From the NCBI RefSeq assembly GCF_009914755.1, contig NC_060941.1: 64,000 nucleotides of DNA, one strand, 5' to 3'. Shown piece after piece: positions 27,411 to 46,955 of this stretch. The first letter of the stretch is position 1; each line of letters begins with the position of its first letter. A program made the position numbers and the translations under genes. Below the pieces are notes generated by a model. The model was given only the letters and a program-made list of their open reading frames with translations. It searched no databases and was not told the origin of the DNA. Source of the stretch: the human T2T-CHM13v2.0 reference genome, Homo sapiens.

Positions 27411-27834
27411 ATAATCTGGCTGTGCAGAAGCAAACCTGAGTTTATAGTGTAGCCGAAATGCACCTAGGCACCACTACTGCCATCGATCTTTTTTCTTGTT
27501 TTTGCAGCCTGTCTCGTCTCCATCCTCCCCAAGGGCCCACTTGAAGCCCAGTGACTCCCATTCTGAGCAGGGCTCCTGAACCTGTCTCACAGAAGTGGGG
27601 TTCTAAAATGTGGTCTCTCCCTAACTGCCCCTAGAAGCCCTTCTGCAGTGCACCATCCTTACATCCGTTCTCTAGCCCTGCAGCCTCTTAGCCTTCCTCC
27701 TCTTCCAGACCAGCCCTGCATCTAGCCCTTGTGGCCAAGTTCCCCCATCCCCCATGCCTCCTGATCTTTGCTCTGTTAGCTCGATTCTATCTTCTGCCTC
27801 CCTCCCTACTGAGTTCTTCCCCTCAACCTCTGAA

Positions 27835-28160
27835 TACAGATGGTCCCTGTCTTAGAACTGTTTGACTTCAGGATGGAGCAAAAGTCAAAATCGTACAGTA
27901 GAAACTGTACTTTTGAGTACCCACACAACTGTCACTTTCAGTATGGTATTCAATAAATTGCATGAAATATTCAAGACTTTATTATAAAATAGGTTTCATG
28001 TTAGATAATATCACCCAACCATAGGCTAATGTACATGTTCCGAGCACACTGAAAGTAGGCTGGGCATATTAAATGCATTTCCAACTTAGGATATTTTCAA
28101 CTTATGAGGATGGGTGGATTCATCCACACATAACCCCATCCTAAATCGAGCAGCATCCAT
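27835..28160. mobile_element. Tigger3/Golem-like DNA transposon
   Basis: atattaaatgcattt..atattttcaacttatga..taaccccatc..aatcgag motifs; family from recall. Confidence 0.6.
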
Positions 28161-28277
28161 AAAGTTTCTCTCAGCTTCCCTCCTTTTTCCTCAAAACAGA
28201 AGCCTCTTCCCCCTGCTTTCAGCCCTCAGCTCAATGACAAATCAGCTGTTACCCACACAGCTTTGTTGAAATAGCTC

Positions 28278-29161
28278 TCGATGGGATGGATCCACGATCA
28301 ATAGTGTCAGAGATAGTCTGTGAAAGTCATGAAAAATTTTATGAGAGGAAATGTACGCAAGAAATGTTTTACAATTTAAAAGTGATTAGGCCTCCTGAAT
28401 GCTTTATAAAATGTCACCATAACTCTTAGCTGTAGAACTTGCCTGCTTTGCAGCTAGGTAAAACCTAGGACACATGGAGCTAAATGCTGAAATAAGCCAG
28501 ACCTTAACTGCACTTCTGTCTAAGTCCTAGGCTGTACACCTAGCACATAATTAAAATCCCGAACTTACCAAGGTTTTCAACAAAGGTAAAGGTTGCTAAA
28601 AGTTAACAGTGTAACATGTATTTAAAACTATTGAAGAGACACTTTATGTGCAAGGTGTGTAAGGAAAGTAAAGTACACTTTCGGTAAAAAGATTATCAGG
28701 AGGGATAAGAATGCACATTTTTACCTACGTTAAAAGGTTAAATAATTGTTTTGAGGGGGCCAGGTGCGGTGGCTCACGCCTCTTTCTATATCAACCAATC
28801 GGGCCTAGTAAAAAGCGCTGCTAAAAAACGTAAAGAAAAGGCTAAAAAGCTAAGGGAGTACCAAAACCACCAAATGGACTCTTGGTTTGAAAACAAAATC
28901 ATAGCATGGGTCATCCCATTCCTGGGCCCTCTCCTAATAATATGCCTGGAACTAATGTTCTTACCCTGCCTAATTAATCTTTTTCAAAGATTTTTAACTG
29001 ACAGGATCATGGCAATTTCACAAACAACTACCCAAAAACATCTACAGACGGCATTGCTCCTAGTCAACCCGAGACCAGGAAACTCTCCATCCCCTCGTTG
29101 CAGGAAGTATCCAGAAAGAACATGCCGTCCCTCCTCCTTTTTATAACTATAGGGTCTGGAT
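28278..29161 (+). mobile_element. ERV1 internal fragment with env transmembrane-subunit remnant
   Basis: FYINQSGLV...AWVIPFLGPLLIICLELMFLPCLINLFQRFLTDRI is typical of gamma-type env TM and cytoplasmic tail; it lies directly before an LTR. Confidence 0.75.
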
Positions 29162-29670
29162 TGACAAAGCAGGAACATCACCATCTTGGACAAGCCCCTC
29201 ATTCAAAAGTTCACCTTAATAAAAAACCGCCTAAATCCAAAAGGCATCAGCCTAATGGCTAAGGTCAGCACGACCATAAACCACAAATAACATCTCCAGC
29301 CAGAAACATTCCAAACTCCTCCCCGACCAGAGACATGTTAAGGGATAACCCCACTCTGGCCGGGAATATGCCAGCCGGGAATATGCCAGCCGGGAGATAA
29401 ACCCCCTCGGGCCGGAAAAATGTCTGCCCCAAGATAACATCCCCTGCTCCCAAAGAGTCCAACCCTGCCAAAAACTTCTCCACACATATAAACATTCCAA
29501 GCTTGTGATAAGCCCCCTCACCCTAACACCAATATATACTCTTAGTCTGTAAGAGAAAGGGCTCCTGACCGAAATCGGCCAGGAGCGCCTCTCAGGTTTT
29601 AACTAAAGAAAAGCTGTCTTTAACTGCCAGCCGCGTTTCGTGTTTCTTTCCTTTTTCTTTAACTCTTACA
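29162..29670 (+). mobile_element. ERV1 LTR, MER61-like
   Basis: TG...CA termini; tgacaaagcaggaacatcaccatcttggacaagcccc start and internal 15-bp repeats resemble MER61 (recall). Confidence 0.7.
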
Positions 29671-30313
29671 AATAGCTCACATCCAAATCCAGTGGGCATC
29701 ACATCCAAGTCCAGTATAACCGGACTTGACTGCTGCATCTGCTCACTCTCTATTCCTTTGACTAGCAGCACTCATGGGTCTCCTTCCTCTCTTTGGCTGC
29801 TCATCCTTTCCGTCCTTCAGTATCTCCTCTAACACGTTGGGGATCATAAGCCCCATGAAATCAGTCCCTGCCCCACAACTCTGCCTCTTTTCATGCACCA
29901 GAAACTACACCTTCCCTTTCGACCGGAATGTGTTCAGGTTCCCATCTCTCAAACGGGCTTTCCCCCCTGCCTAGAATGCCCTCCCTCCCACACGACCTCC
30001 CCAGCCGCCTCCTCACAAACCGGGTCAGATCCACTCTTCTAAGATCCGCAAGCCCCCGGTACGTTTCTCTACCCTTTTACGCGGAAGGTGAGTCTTTGCC
30101 TACACACGTTGGTCACTCTCACCGGGCTGTCCAGCGCCTCCAGGGCAGGGCTGCCGGACTCTTCTTCGAGGCCCCTCTCCAGGTCTGGCCCAGAAAAGGT
30201 ATTCAGGTTTGTTGAAGCCACGAACGAAAGGGATTGAGAGGCATGTAAGAAAAACTGCTCTAGCTAAGCCACGGACGAAGTGCAAGGAAGAGCCCGCCGG
30301 CGCGGCCACTCAC

Positions 30314-30602
30314 CGATGAGGACCGCGTTGTCCAGGTTTCGGAGCTGGGCCAACAGTTGCCCCCGCGCTTGGAAGATGGGCAGACTCCGGCGCTGCAGCT
30401 CCACAGCTTCAGGGTAGGGACTGGCCGAGGGCTGGGCCAGGGGCGGCTGCTGCCTCCGGCCTCCTCCTCCTCCTCTGCCGCCGCTGCCCGCAGTCAGCAG
30501 CATCACCACTTGCCTCCCGGGAGGGAAGGACCCAGCGCGGCTCGGAGGTCCAGAGCCTGGCCGGAATCTCTTGGCCGGCGGGAAGCCCGCCTCCTCCGGC
30601 AT
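30314..30602 (-). CDS. DHX33: DHX33 exon 1, DEAH-box RNA helicase
   Basis: MPEEAGFPPAKRFRPGSG...QRRSLPIFQARGQLLAQLRNLDNAVLIG; GTGAG donor at 30313; 289 nt. Confidence 0.97.
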
Positions 30603-30910
30603 GTCGGGAGGGCACCGCGGCGGGAGGCGCAAGCGCCGAGAGCTCCTGCCCCCTCTCAGGTGCAGACAACAGGAGCACACCACCCCTTCCTCGCCGCCAC
30701 GTGCTGGCGGCTCCCGGCGACCACCGATGACCTCACGGCCGCCCCAGTCTTTAGAAAAAGGGACTGCATCTCCCAGCATGCCTTGGGGGCTTGGGAAGGC
30801 TTTCACTTCCTGGGGGTGGGAAAAGCAGGGCCTGAGGTACAACCAGGAAAAGGCCCGGAGCTACAACCGGGAAACACAGGATGTAAGGTTCCGTGGGACT
30901 GTAGTCTTGG
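30603..30910 (-). promoter_or_regulatory. DHX33 5' UTR and CpG-island promoter with E-box and ZNF143/THAP11-type motifs
   Basis: CACGTG at 30698-30703; actgcatctcccagcatgcc at ~30763; GACTACAGTCCCA on minus at ~30894-30906. Confidence 0.75.
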
Positions 30911-30929
30911 TTAACGAGGTTTTTCTCAT

Positions 30930-31233
30930 TGTTTTATTTTTTTTTTTTGAGATGGAGTTTCGCTCTTGTTGCCCAGGCTGGAGTGCAATGGCGCGATCTC
31001 GGCTCACACTGCAACCTCCGCCTCCTGGGTTCAAGCGATTCTCCTGCCTCAGCCTCCCAAGTAGCTGGGGTTACAGGCGTGCGCCACCGGGGCCCGTCTA
31101 ATTTTGTATTTTTAGTAGAGACAGGGTTTCTCCATGTTGGTCAGGCTGGTCTTGAACTCCCGACCTCAGGTGATCCGCCTGCCTCGGCCTCCCAAAGTGC
31201 TGGGATTATAGGCGTGAGCCACCGCGCCCGGCC
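30930..31233 (-). mobile_element. AluS
   Basis: Alu consensus. Confidence 0.9.
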
Positions 31234-32999
31234 CATTGTTTTGTTCTAGTAGCATTACTTCTTTTCAGTAAACCCGCGTTTTCCCCTTCTCTGTCCAAAT
31301 AACAGTCACTCTTCAAGGAAAGTACTTAATTCTGTAAAATCAATGAGAAGCGCAAACGTGCATTGTCTAATCCTCTAAACAACTTATAAGTTATGTGGTA
31401 TATACTGGTTATTAGATTATCTCTAATTTACAGATTAAGAAATTGAGTCATCTTAGTCATTCAGATGTCCCCAAATCATAATTTTGTGATCATCTTGTGT
31501 TACAGAAAGGAAAACCAATTCTGATATACATGAATTTAACTCAGAAAATGACTCCTCCAACGGATGTGGTCGCCTCCAGTAATACAAGCAGAGAAAGGAG
31601 GGAGTTCAATGAAATTAAAATTGTCTTTTATCTTTCCTTTCCCCCAACCATTCCAGCCAGACTCTCAAGTTCTCTACATGGCTGTGCAACCCCATCACAG
31701 ACACTTCAGTGAAGATTCAGAACTGCAGCAGAAAAAAGTAGGATTATAACTAGTTCTTCCTTACCCTCCTAAAAGTTCTTAGATGATTTGCTAATTTACC
31801 ACGGAGAATGCCAAGTAGCTGTTTGCTCTTACAGGAAATGTGATTTCCAGAGAATACACCGTAAGCTTCAGCTCATGTGAAGGGTATCTTCTGAAGCTCG
31901 TTTCCATGAAACTCGCCCTGTTAAATATCTCCCTTCCCGTGATTCGTGAGAGAGCTAGTCTAAAAACAAAAAACCTCCCCTTTGCTCCAGGTCGGAGATA
32001 ATTTTCCTCTAGTTGCTGACAGTTTGGTGACCAGGCATTACTGAAAATGTGCACGTTGAACCAGCAGCAGATTTGTGTTTAAGAATAAACTGACAAATTT
32101 TCACTTCCTACCCTGAAATATTTAGAAAGGCAACCCAAAACTACAAGGGATAATAAATGTTAACTCTCAAATTATGGACTTTGAGTAAAGACATCCCAGT
32201 CCTTTTTCCCAGTGTGCTTTCCAGAGTAACTTAAGGTAGGAGTCCGATGTTCCAAATGATTACAATAATTTAGGTAATGTAAATGGGTGGACTTATTTCT
32301 TGATGGAGCACATTCCACCTCTACATGCAGCCCCTAATCATTTCTAGGCAATGGCTGTCATGTAGACCTATTATTGCCAGATCTTCCAATTTTCTCAAGA
32401 AAAGCCAAAAGTGAAGATTTTTATCTGTCAATGTTAAATACAGGTTTAAACTTAAAAAAAAAAAAAGTACTGTCAAAACAAAGCACATAGGTAGGTAACA
32501 AATCTGTAGGTAACTCATCCATAATCTCTGGCCTAATGATCCAGCTATTCTATAGCCTCAAAGCTAAGAGGACCAAAGAGTGGAAAAATTAAGTCCTATA
32601 TATGCATCAAGCCATGCTGCTCACATTTCTCCCATTGGTAGACTGAAATCTGCTGTTTCTCCTGAAGAAGTCTCTTGGGGTTCACCAGCTTTCATATGTA
32701 GATACTGACAAGCTAATAACTATTCAGAGAATATCCTGGTTCTTCCTTCAAACGACGAAGTGTCAGACACATTTCATTTTTAACTTGTCTGGGATGGTCT
32801 GTGGACTTAACTGGTCTGATCACGACCATAACAGCTGGTGGTCACCTTTGCTTTTCCGACCACCAAATTACTGCCCTTGATCATGTTCAGTTTCCCTCTA
32901 TCCCACTTTCAGAGACAACCACAAGCTTCAGCAACTAGGCTCAAGCTTGCATGCATACACTTTAATCCCTCTATAATTAAAAATACCAGATAATACTTT

Positions 33000-36427
<3,428 letters not shown>

Positions 36428-36533
36428 TTAACCTCCAAGCCGCTGGCCCTCACCCCAGGCGAAGCCTCCTGGCCGTTCCTCAGGTAGTGGATTGTAATTT
36501 GGATCCTCATCTGGTGTATCAAAAATAGCTTTC
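36428..36533 (-). CDS. DERL2: DERL2 exon 7 (SHP box, stop)
   Basis: [34 protein letters not shown]; cumulative CDS 720 nt. Confidence 0.96.
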
Positions 36534-36969
36534 CTAAAAGACAAGCAACAGATATAATTTGGTCCCAGAGTCATCTCAGGTCCAAAGTACTACAAGGTCA
36601 GTTCAGGCCCCATAGGGTTTCCACCAATAGGTAAGCATTACACCTGCCTGCCAATTAAACAGTTAACATATTGTAAGAGCATCTATAATTATTAACATTT
36701 ACATTAGCTTTTATCTTTTACTGATTTTTACTACAAAAGCAATCCAAATCATAATAATTACAGAGAAGGAGGAAATAGAGATGAGCAAAATATCCTCAAT
36801 TTCCAGAGGTAACTATTGTCAATGTTTTAGTTATTCTTTGGGAATTTTTACATTATGTCATTTTACAAAAGTTAGATCACACTACATGTTTTGTAACCTG
36901 ACTTTCACATATTTATCATTAATGTTTCCCCATAACCAAGGTATCACCCAAGTGTGCATCAACAGGTGA

Positions 36970-40800
<3,831 letters not shown>

Positions 40801-41792
40801 TGATCCGTCTGCCTTCACCTCTCAAAGTGCTGGGATTACAGGAATGTGTTATGTTGTCCAGGCTGGAATGCAGTGGCTATGTTAAAGGCCTAGCCCAAGA
40901 AGAGCAGTGGCTGTTCACAGGCGCAATCATAGTGTATGCAGCCTTGCCTGGCTCAGCGTTTTTTAAAAAGTACACAAAGACTGAAGAATACACATTGAAA
41001 AGTTAACAATGGTGGCCACTGCTATACCCAAGTGTCGGGATAGTGGACAATTTCACTTTCTTCTTTTTTGCTTACTATTCTACAACAAACATTTTATAAC
41101 AAAAACTCACATTTTACTTCTCAATTGAGCCCTTTTTAATATGGCATCTCCCAAGGATACCAAATTCCAGAGTAGAAAGAGGTCTCATAAATCAAAGTTC
41201 TACTGCACTCCAGCCTAGGTGACAGAGTGAGACTCCATGTAAAAAAAAAAAAAAAAAAAAAAAAAGAAAGAAAGAAATCAAAGTTCTATCTCAGGAAACT
41301 GAAGTGCAAAAAAGAAAGGACTTGCTCTATGGCTGGTCAGTGGGACAGCTACACCTGGTTTCCAGTCCAAAGCTATTTCCACTCTGCTTCACTGCTTATC
41401 TCAACCACCTGCTTGGCAGGCCACAAAGTCCACCATCAGAAACTTTCATCAGTTTTGCCCATTTTGCTACCTTACTTCACTAAACGTGGACAGCAGCTTT
41501 CATAAAACCAGCAGGCTCCTACCAGAATAGAAGTTCTAGTGGTCATCTCTAACAATTACCAGGTTACTCCCAAGATATCTTGAGCCTGTTGACGTTGGTC
41601 TTGCCACAACCCTGGCACTGTCTGCTCCTACCCAGTCCAAGTGCTCTTCAACTGTAGCCAGAATGCTCAATCTGCAAATGGTTACTGACCTGAGCTATGT
41701 GTACTAGGAGCTAGGGGAGCCAAAGAAAACACAGATCATGCCCCTGTCCTGGTTTGCCTGTAAGAGTATGTAACCTGGTGTTAAATACTCAC

Positions 41793-41883
41793 AAAATAGA
41801 TGGTGTTTTCAGAATTCTTATTCCACCAGGTTGATTGGGAAATACATCTTCCAAGAAAAAATATATGTGTCCAACTGCAATAC
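41793..41883 (-). CDS. DERL2: DERL2 exon 6
   Basis: [29 protein letters not shown]; 91 nt. Confidence 0.95.
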
Positions 41884-42125
41884 CTAGAGTCAAGCAGAAA
41901 TAAAGGATGAGGGAGAGAATTAAAATTTAGATTGCAGGTAGACCTACCAACACAAATTGCCTATATTTAGGATGAATGTCAACATAATTATTAAAAATTA
42001 ATGAACTAATATTGTGGTATTTTACAATAGGTAATACGTGAAGGCCAAACAGAATAAACATGAAAAATAGTAACAAAATACTTTTACAGGTAAAATAATT
42101 TAAAAAATAGTGAGAAGAGCCTTAC

Positions 42126-42321
42126 CCAAAAGGTCCACAATGATTGAGTTCCCCAACAACAAGGAAAATCCCATGAGCACCCAGGGCAGAAAGGGGGCCT
42201 GGAAGTTGAGAAGGCCGAAGAAGTTCATGCGGACATAGGGGTTCCTTCGGCTCCACACATAGACGAGCATTATTGTAAAGGCCTGGCCCAAGAAAACTAA
42301 GCTCACAAACAGACCAAAAAG
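42126..42321 (-). CDS. DERL2: DERL2 exon 5
   Basis: [28 protein letters not shown]...IIVDLLG; 196 nt. Confidence 0.96.
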
Positions 42322-43034
42322 CTAGCAGATGGCATTAAGGAAAATATCAACATTAAAAGTTTAATAGGAAAGACTGAGCAGGAGAACTAAAGATTGTGTT
42401 CTAACAGAAGTTTGAATTGGAAAAGTCAAGTTGTTACATCTTTAGAATAGAAGGAGAAACACCCAGAAAATAATTACCCAGAGCAATCAGGCAAAAATCT
42501 GCTTAGGCTAAATTATCGAGATTTACAGCTACTTCAAACAAATACTCTGCTTTCGTGAAGTTCTTGCCTCTTTGGAAAATGTGTTAATTCTTCAGTCAAT
42601 AATTATATTAAAGCTTGCTCACGATTAGCACCTTTACAGAGATGAATAAAGCTAGCTGGAACAAAACCATCTTGTCAGACCGTACCATATCTAAGTCTAT
42701 TGTATAGATGAAAATTCTTTTTCTGAAAAAATAATTTATTGGTTTCGGTAGCCACCAAGTAAATGTCTTACCAACTTAGTTTAAAAGTGAAGTACGCCAA
42801 GCAGTAATGATATAACTGAGTTGCTTAACAGTAACCCACCTGGGTTAAAAGTTCCTTTGACTTGCTCATCCTGTCCGACTGCTAGGTTTGGAAACTTGTC
42901 ACAGAAAATGTGCTGTAAAATAAATGATAGTGCCCTGAAGCTAAGATCTAGAGAACTGTGGGAGACAGATGACAAGCTTTAGGAAGAGCCAGGGTGTTCT
43001 TCAACATTTTCCCGTGTTGTTTGTTGAAGGATAC
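42322..43034 (-). other. DERL2: U12-type intron 4 of DERL2
   Basis: Donor GTATCCTTC; branch TTTTCCTTAAT about 12 nt from the AG. Confidence 0.9.
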
Positions 43035-43128
43035 GGTCATTAAGAATCCACCAAAAAGGAACATAAATACAAAGTCTGCTGTCCGACCTCGGAAAGAGCC
43101 TTCTTCTAGCATTCGACAGTAACGATAT
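43035..43128 (-). CDS. DERL2: DERL2 exon 4
   Basis: [31 protein letters not shown]; 94 nt. Confidence 0.96.
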
Positions 43129-44547
43129 CTTAAGTTCCAAGTTAAGAAAATATTAAGCACACGAATATGAACAAAGTAAAAATTTAATGTTATCTTGTAA
43201 GTACACTTGGATTCCATATTATTTGTAATTAGTCAAGTCTTCATTTGTATAAGAATGTTTGAGTGGTAATGTGATTACTTTTTTACCAAGCATTTGAGAA
43301 AAGGTCAAGACCAGCATCATTTTTTACAAACTGTCCCTGGCTGGGAACTAATCCAGATGACACACAGACATGCTTTCAGTCCCCTATTCTTTTTTTTTTT
43401 TCTTTTGAGACAGAGTCTCGCTCTGTCACCTAGGATGGAGTGCAATGGTGCCATATCGGCTCACTGCAAGCTCCGCCTCTCAGATTCAAGCGATTCTCCT
43501 GCCTCATTCTCCTGAGTAGCTGGGATTACAGTTGTGTGCCACCATGCCAGGCTATTTTTTGTATTTTTAGTAGAGAGCAGGTTTCACCATGTTGGCCAGG
43601 CTGGTCTCAAACTCCTGACCTCGTGATCCACTGCCTTGGCCTCCCCAAGTGCTGGGATTACAGGTGTGAGCCACCACACCCGGCCCTCCAGTCCCCTATT
43701 AAACCTTTAAAAATCTGTATTGTCTTTCCTGTGCTCAGCCACACCTTAATATGCACCATCTTTGCTTTCCCACATCCTAACTTGGAAGAAATCCGCAGCA
43801 AGAAGCCTTGTGTGCTAAACTACTTTTCCAGCCTGGCAGGTTGAGCACCTCAGTCAATAAAGATGAATTACGATGAGAAAAAACTTTAATGGAAACTTAT
43901 CAGAATGATATCCTACATAGGATATAAAATGGATTCCTGCCATCCTCAGGAAGGAATGCAGCTGCAGATGAGTTGAACTGTAACTCCCTCTTAATACAGA
44001 GGGCAGGGGTGGAAGAGGAATGCCCTGCTCTGTGGCCCCAATTACCATTGGATCAGAGCTGGGGTTTTCCTTTCAACAAACCGGAACTTGACAAGCCCAG
44101 CAGACACAACCACTGTCTTTCAGCCAGTAGTTCCAGCAACCAGGACCCAAGGAGATCTCAGGTTCCCACTCCTCATGAACCCATTCCAAAACTTATGCCC
44201 AAATTCTGCTGAATTACCATTGCATTCAGGTTGTTTTACGGCTTCGAACCTGTTGGTTACTGTGGAGGTATGCCTCAGTTAAATCAATTCTCCCCTCCCT
44301 TGATCAGATTTGTAAGTAACAAAAGAGCAGAAGTGCTATCTTTTTATGGTTAAAACCTCCCATTTGAACAAAGTGACCTACAGACATTTTCAAAACATTA
44401 CTACCTAAGCAACTACTTTATGTACCACTGACCCAGAAATCATGGCTAAGATGGTACCAAAAACAAGTAACAGGATGAAAAGTTTCAACTTAATTTTTTA
44501 CTTCCTAAGAAAAAGTTTTGATGCTGACCCCATTTAATAAAGGATAC
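43129..44547 (-). other. DERL2: U12-type intron 3 of DERL2
   Basis: Donor GTATCCTTT; branch TTTTCTTAAC at 43141-43150, 12 nt from the exon; no polypyrimidine tract. Confidence 0.9.
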
Positions 44548-44621
44548 AGAAAAATCATGTTAAATAAAAAATTGAATCCAACTGGCCCAAAAAATAAGAA
44601 GTTGGTGATTAATCTCCATAT
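44548..44621 (-). CDS. DERL2: DERL2 exon 3 (WR motif)
   Basis: [24 protein letters not shown]; 74 nt. Confidence 0.95.
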
Positions 44622-45954
44622 CTGTTAAAAAAAAATCAAGAGAAAGATGTATTAAGTAAAATAAATTACCAGGAAACAGTTCCATATTAATACAAAAGAA
44701 ACATCCTATGACTGCGGTGGTTGAGAAGCCTTGGACAGAGTGATACTCTGTTCTGAAACAAAAACGGGGGCATATAATCTGATGTTAGATTTTTTTTGCT
44801 GCTTTTAGTTCAAAGTCTGAAAGACATCATTGGGACTGTGACATTTATAATAATAGGAAAGAAAATTTTAAATTGTGATCGTCGTATGGAGAAAGTTTGC
44901 TGGAAAGACTAGGTTAATCGGCAGAACAGAAAACAGTGCTTTCATATGTAGTATCATCATACAATAAATAGAACTGACATATCAGAGAAAAACTTCAGGG
45001 TCTAATATAAATTGCTGAGAAATGTTTACATTAGGCAGTCAGAAACATCTAAAAGAAAGGAAAATTCTTTTTTTTTAAACTAAAACTTAAAAAAAAAAAA
45101 AAAGAGATAGGTTCTCACTATGTTGTCCAGGCTGACTCAAACTCCTGGCCTCAGGGGATCATCCACCTCAGCCTCCCAAAGTGCTGGGATTACAGGCGTG
45201 AGCCACTGCACCCTGCCAAACACTTATTTTCTTGTTGGAAACCCTGATAGACCCTTCCCTACCCAACATCTCCACACCCACAGTAACCACTCTCAATTGT
45301 AGAGTGCTTAACGTTTTAAAATGTCTACTATCTCTTGTGATCCACAGACAAGCAAGCTACCCCCAATTCACAGATAGGAGACTAAAAGTTGACTGACTAG
45401 CTGAATACTAGTTATTCAGCTAAAAGTTGAACTTTTAAATGTCCTGACCAAGGACCCGCAGGAGTAGATGGAAACTCTGATGGCAAATCTAGAACTCCTA
45501 ACTCCAAATGCACAGTGTCATCAAGAGTTTAACCCCAGGCAGAGTAAAGCCAAGTAGGAAGCAAGACTTACTTGGATGGAACTACAGCGCCATGTGAGTA
45601 TTGTGCGAACACAGTGACAAGAGATGACAGGACTGCTTTACAGACCACTAAATTCTTGAGAATTGTTAACTATTAAAGTTGAAACAATTCAGTTCTACAT
45701 ATTAATTATCCAGATTTTAGAGTCCTCATCCTAGTGAGGAGACAAGCATACGCATAACTGCAAAGTAAAAGTGAGAGATGTTCTAAAACAAAGGAGGATG
45801 AGTACATAAAGGTTACACAAAAGCTGCGTTTTGAAAGGCAAGCTAGAGTTCAATGGATATAAAGTGAATGAAACACATTTGAGACAGACAGAACAGCATG
45901 TGTAGAGGCACAGTTATTGGCTTTTGGGTCTCTCCCCTACTCCAACTATGGTAA

Positions 45955-46287
<333 letters not shown>

Positions 46288-46569
46288 CTTTTGGCATTTT
46301 AATCACTGGAAAGGACCATCTCCCATTGTAATCTAATAAACCACCATATAGCTTTAGATGTTTGGAATTTGGTTAGTATGATCTGATCCCTGGAAGACAG
46401 ATCACAATTTAAAAGCACTAACAGAATTGAGTTTCTGGACCATGGTGATAACACCAAGGTGGTGGGTGTGCCTAGGTGCTGAATGGACAAAATAAGGCCA
46501 TCCCTGTGAGACAACCCCTAAGCAGCTAGCTAGTCAGCCTCCTCTCATAGGACAACGTTAAGTCTAAAC

Positions 46570-46750
46570 CAGTGATTTCCAAATACAGGAACTGGACACA
46601 TCAAAACGATGCAGGGAACTTTAAAAATAAAACACAGATTTTAATTCCTACCCTTGCAAATTCTGATTTGGTACTTGTTGAGGAGCTTGAGAATCTCTTC
46701 AAAGTTCCCTAAGGGATTCTCAAGTCCAACCAGGCTGCAGAATCACTGCT
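46570..46750. mobile_element. MER5-like hAT MITE
   Basis: cagtgatt...aatcactg inverted termini. Confidence 0.55.
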
Positions 46751-46889
46751 TTATATCCTGACAAGGCAACTTATAATCAAAGGTCCCCACTGGGTTCTTT
46801 TTTAGGATAGTGTATAACAGGATTTGCTACTAAACAGTAAGAAAAAGAAGAAACTGAAGCATTAATCACTATTGTGATGAACCACTTAC

Positions 46890-46955
46890 TTGAAAGTGTT
46901 TAAAGATTAATTCAGGATTGAAGTACAACTGAAAAGGTGTGATCAATTCCAACTG
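46890..46955 (-). CDS. DERL2: DERL2 exon 2
   Basis: [22 protein letters not shown]; CAGCAG acceptor; GTAAGT donor. Confidence 0.95.

Noticed and set aside
30357-31101. Plus-strand ORFs of 185 and 176 aa at the DHX33 promoter
   Set aside because: Antisense CpG-island frames running into an Alu; at most a divergent lncRNA that I cannot define from sequence
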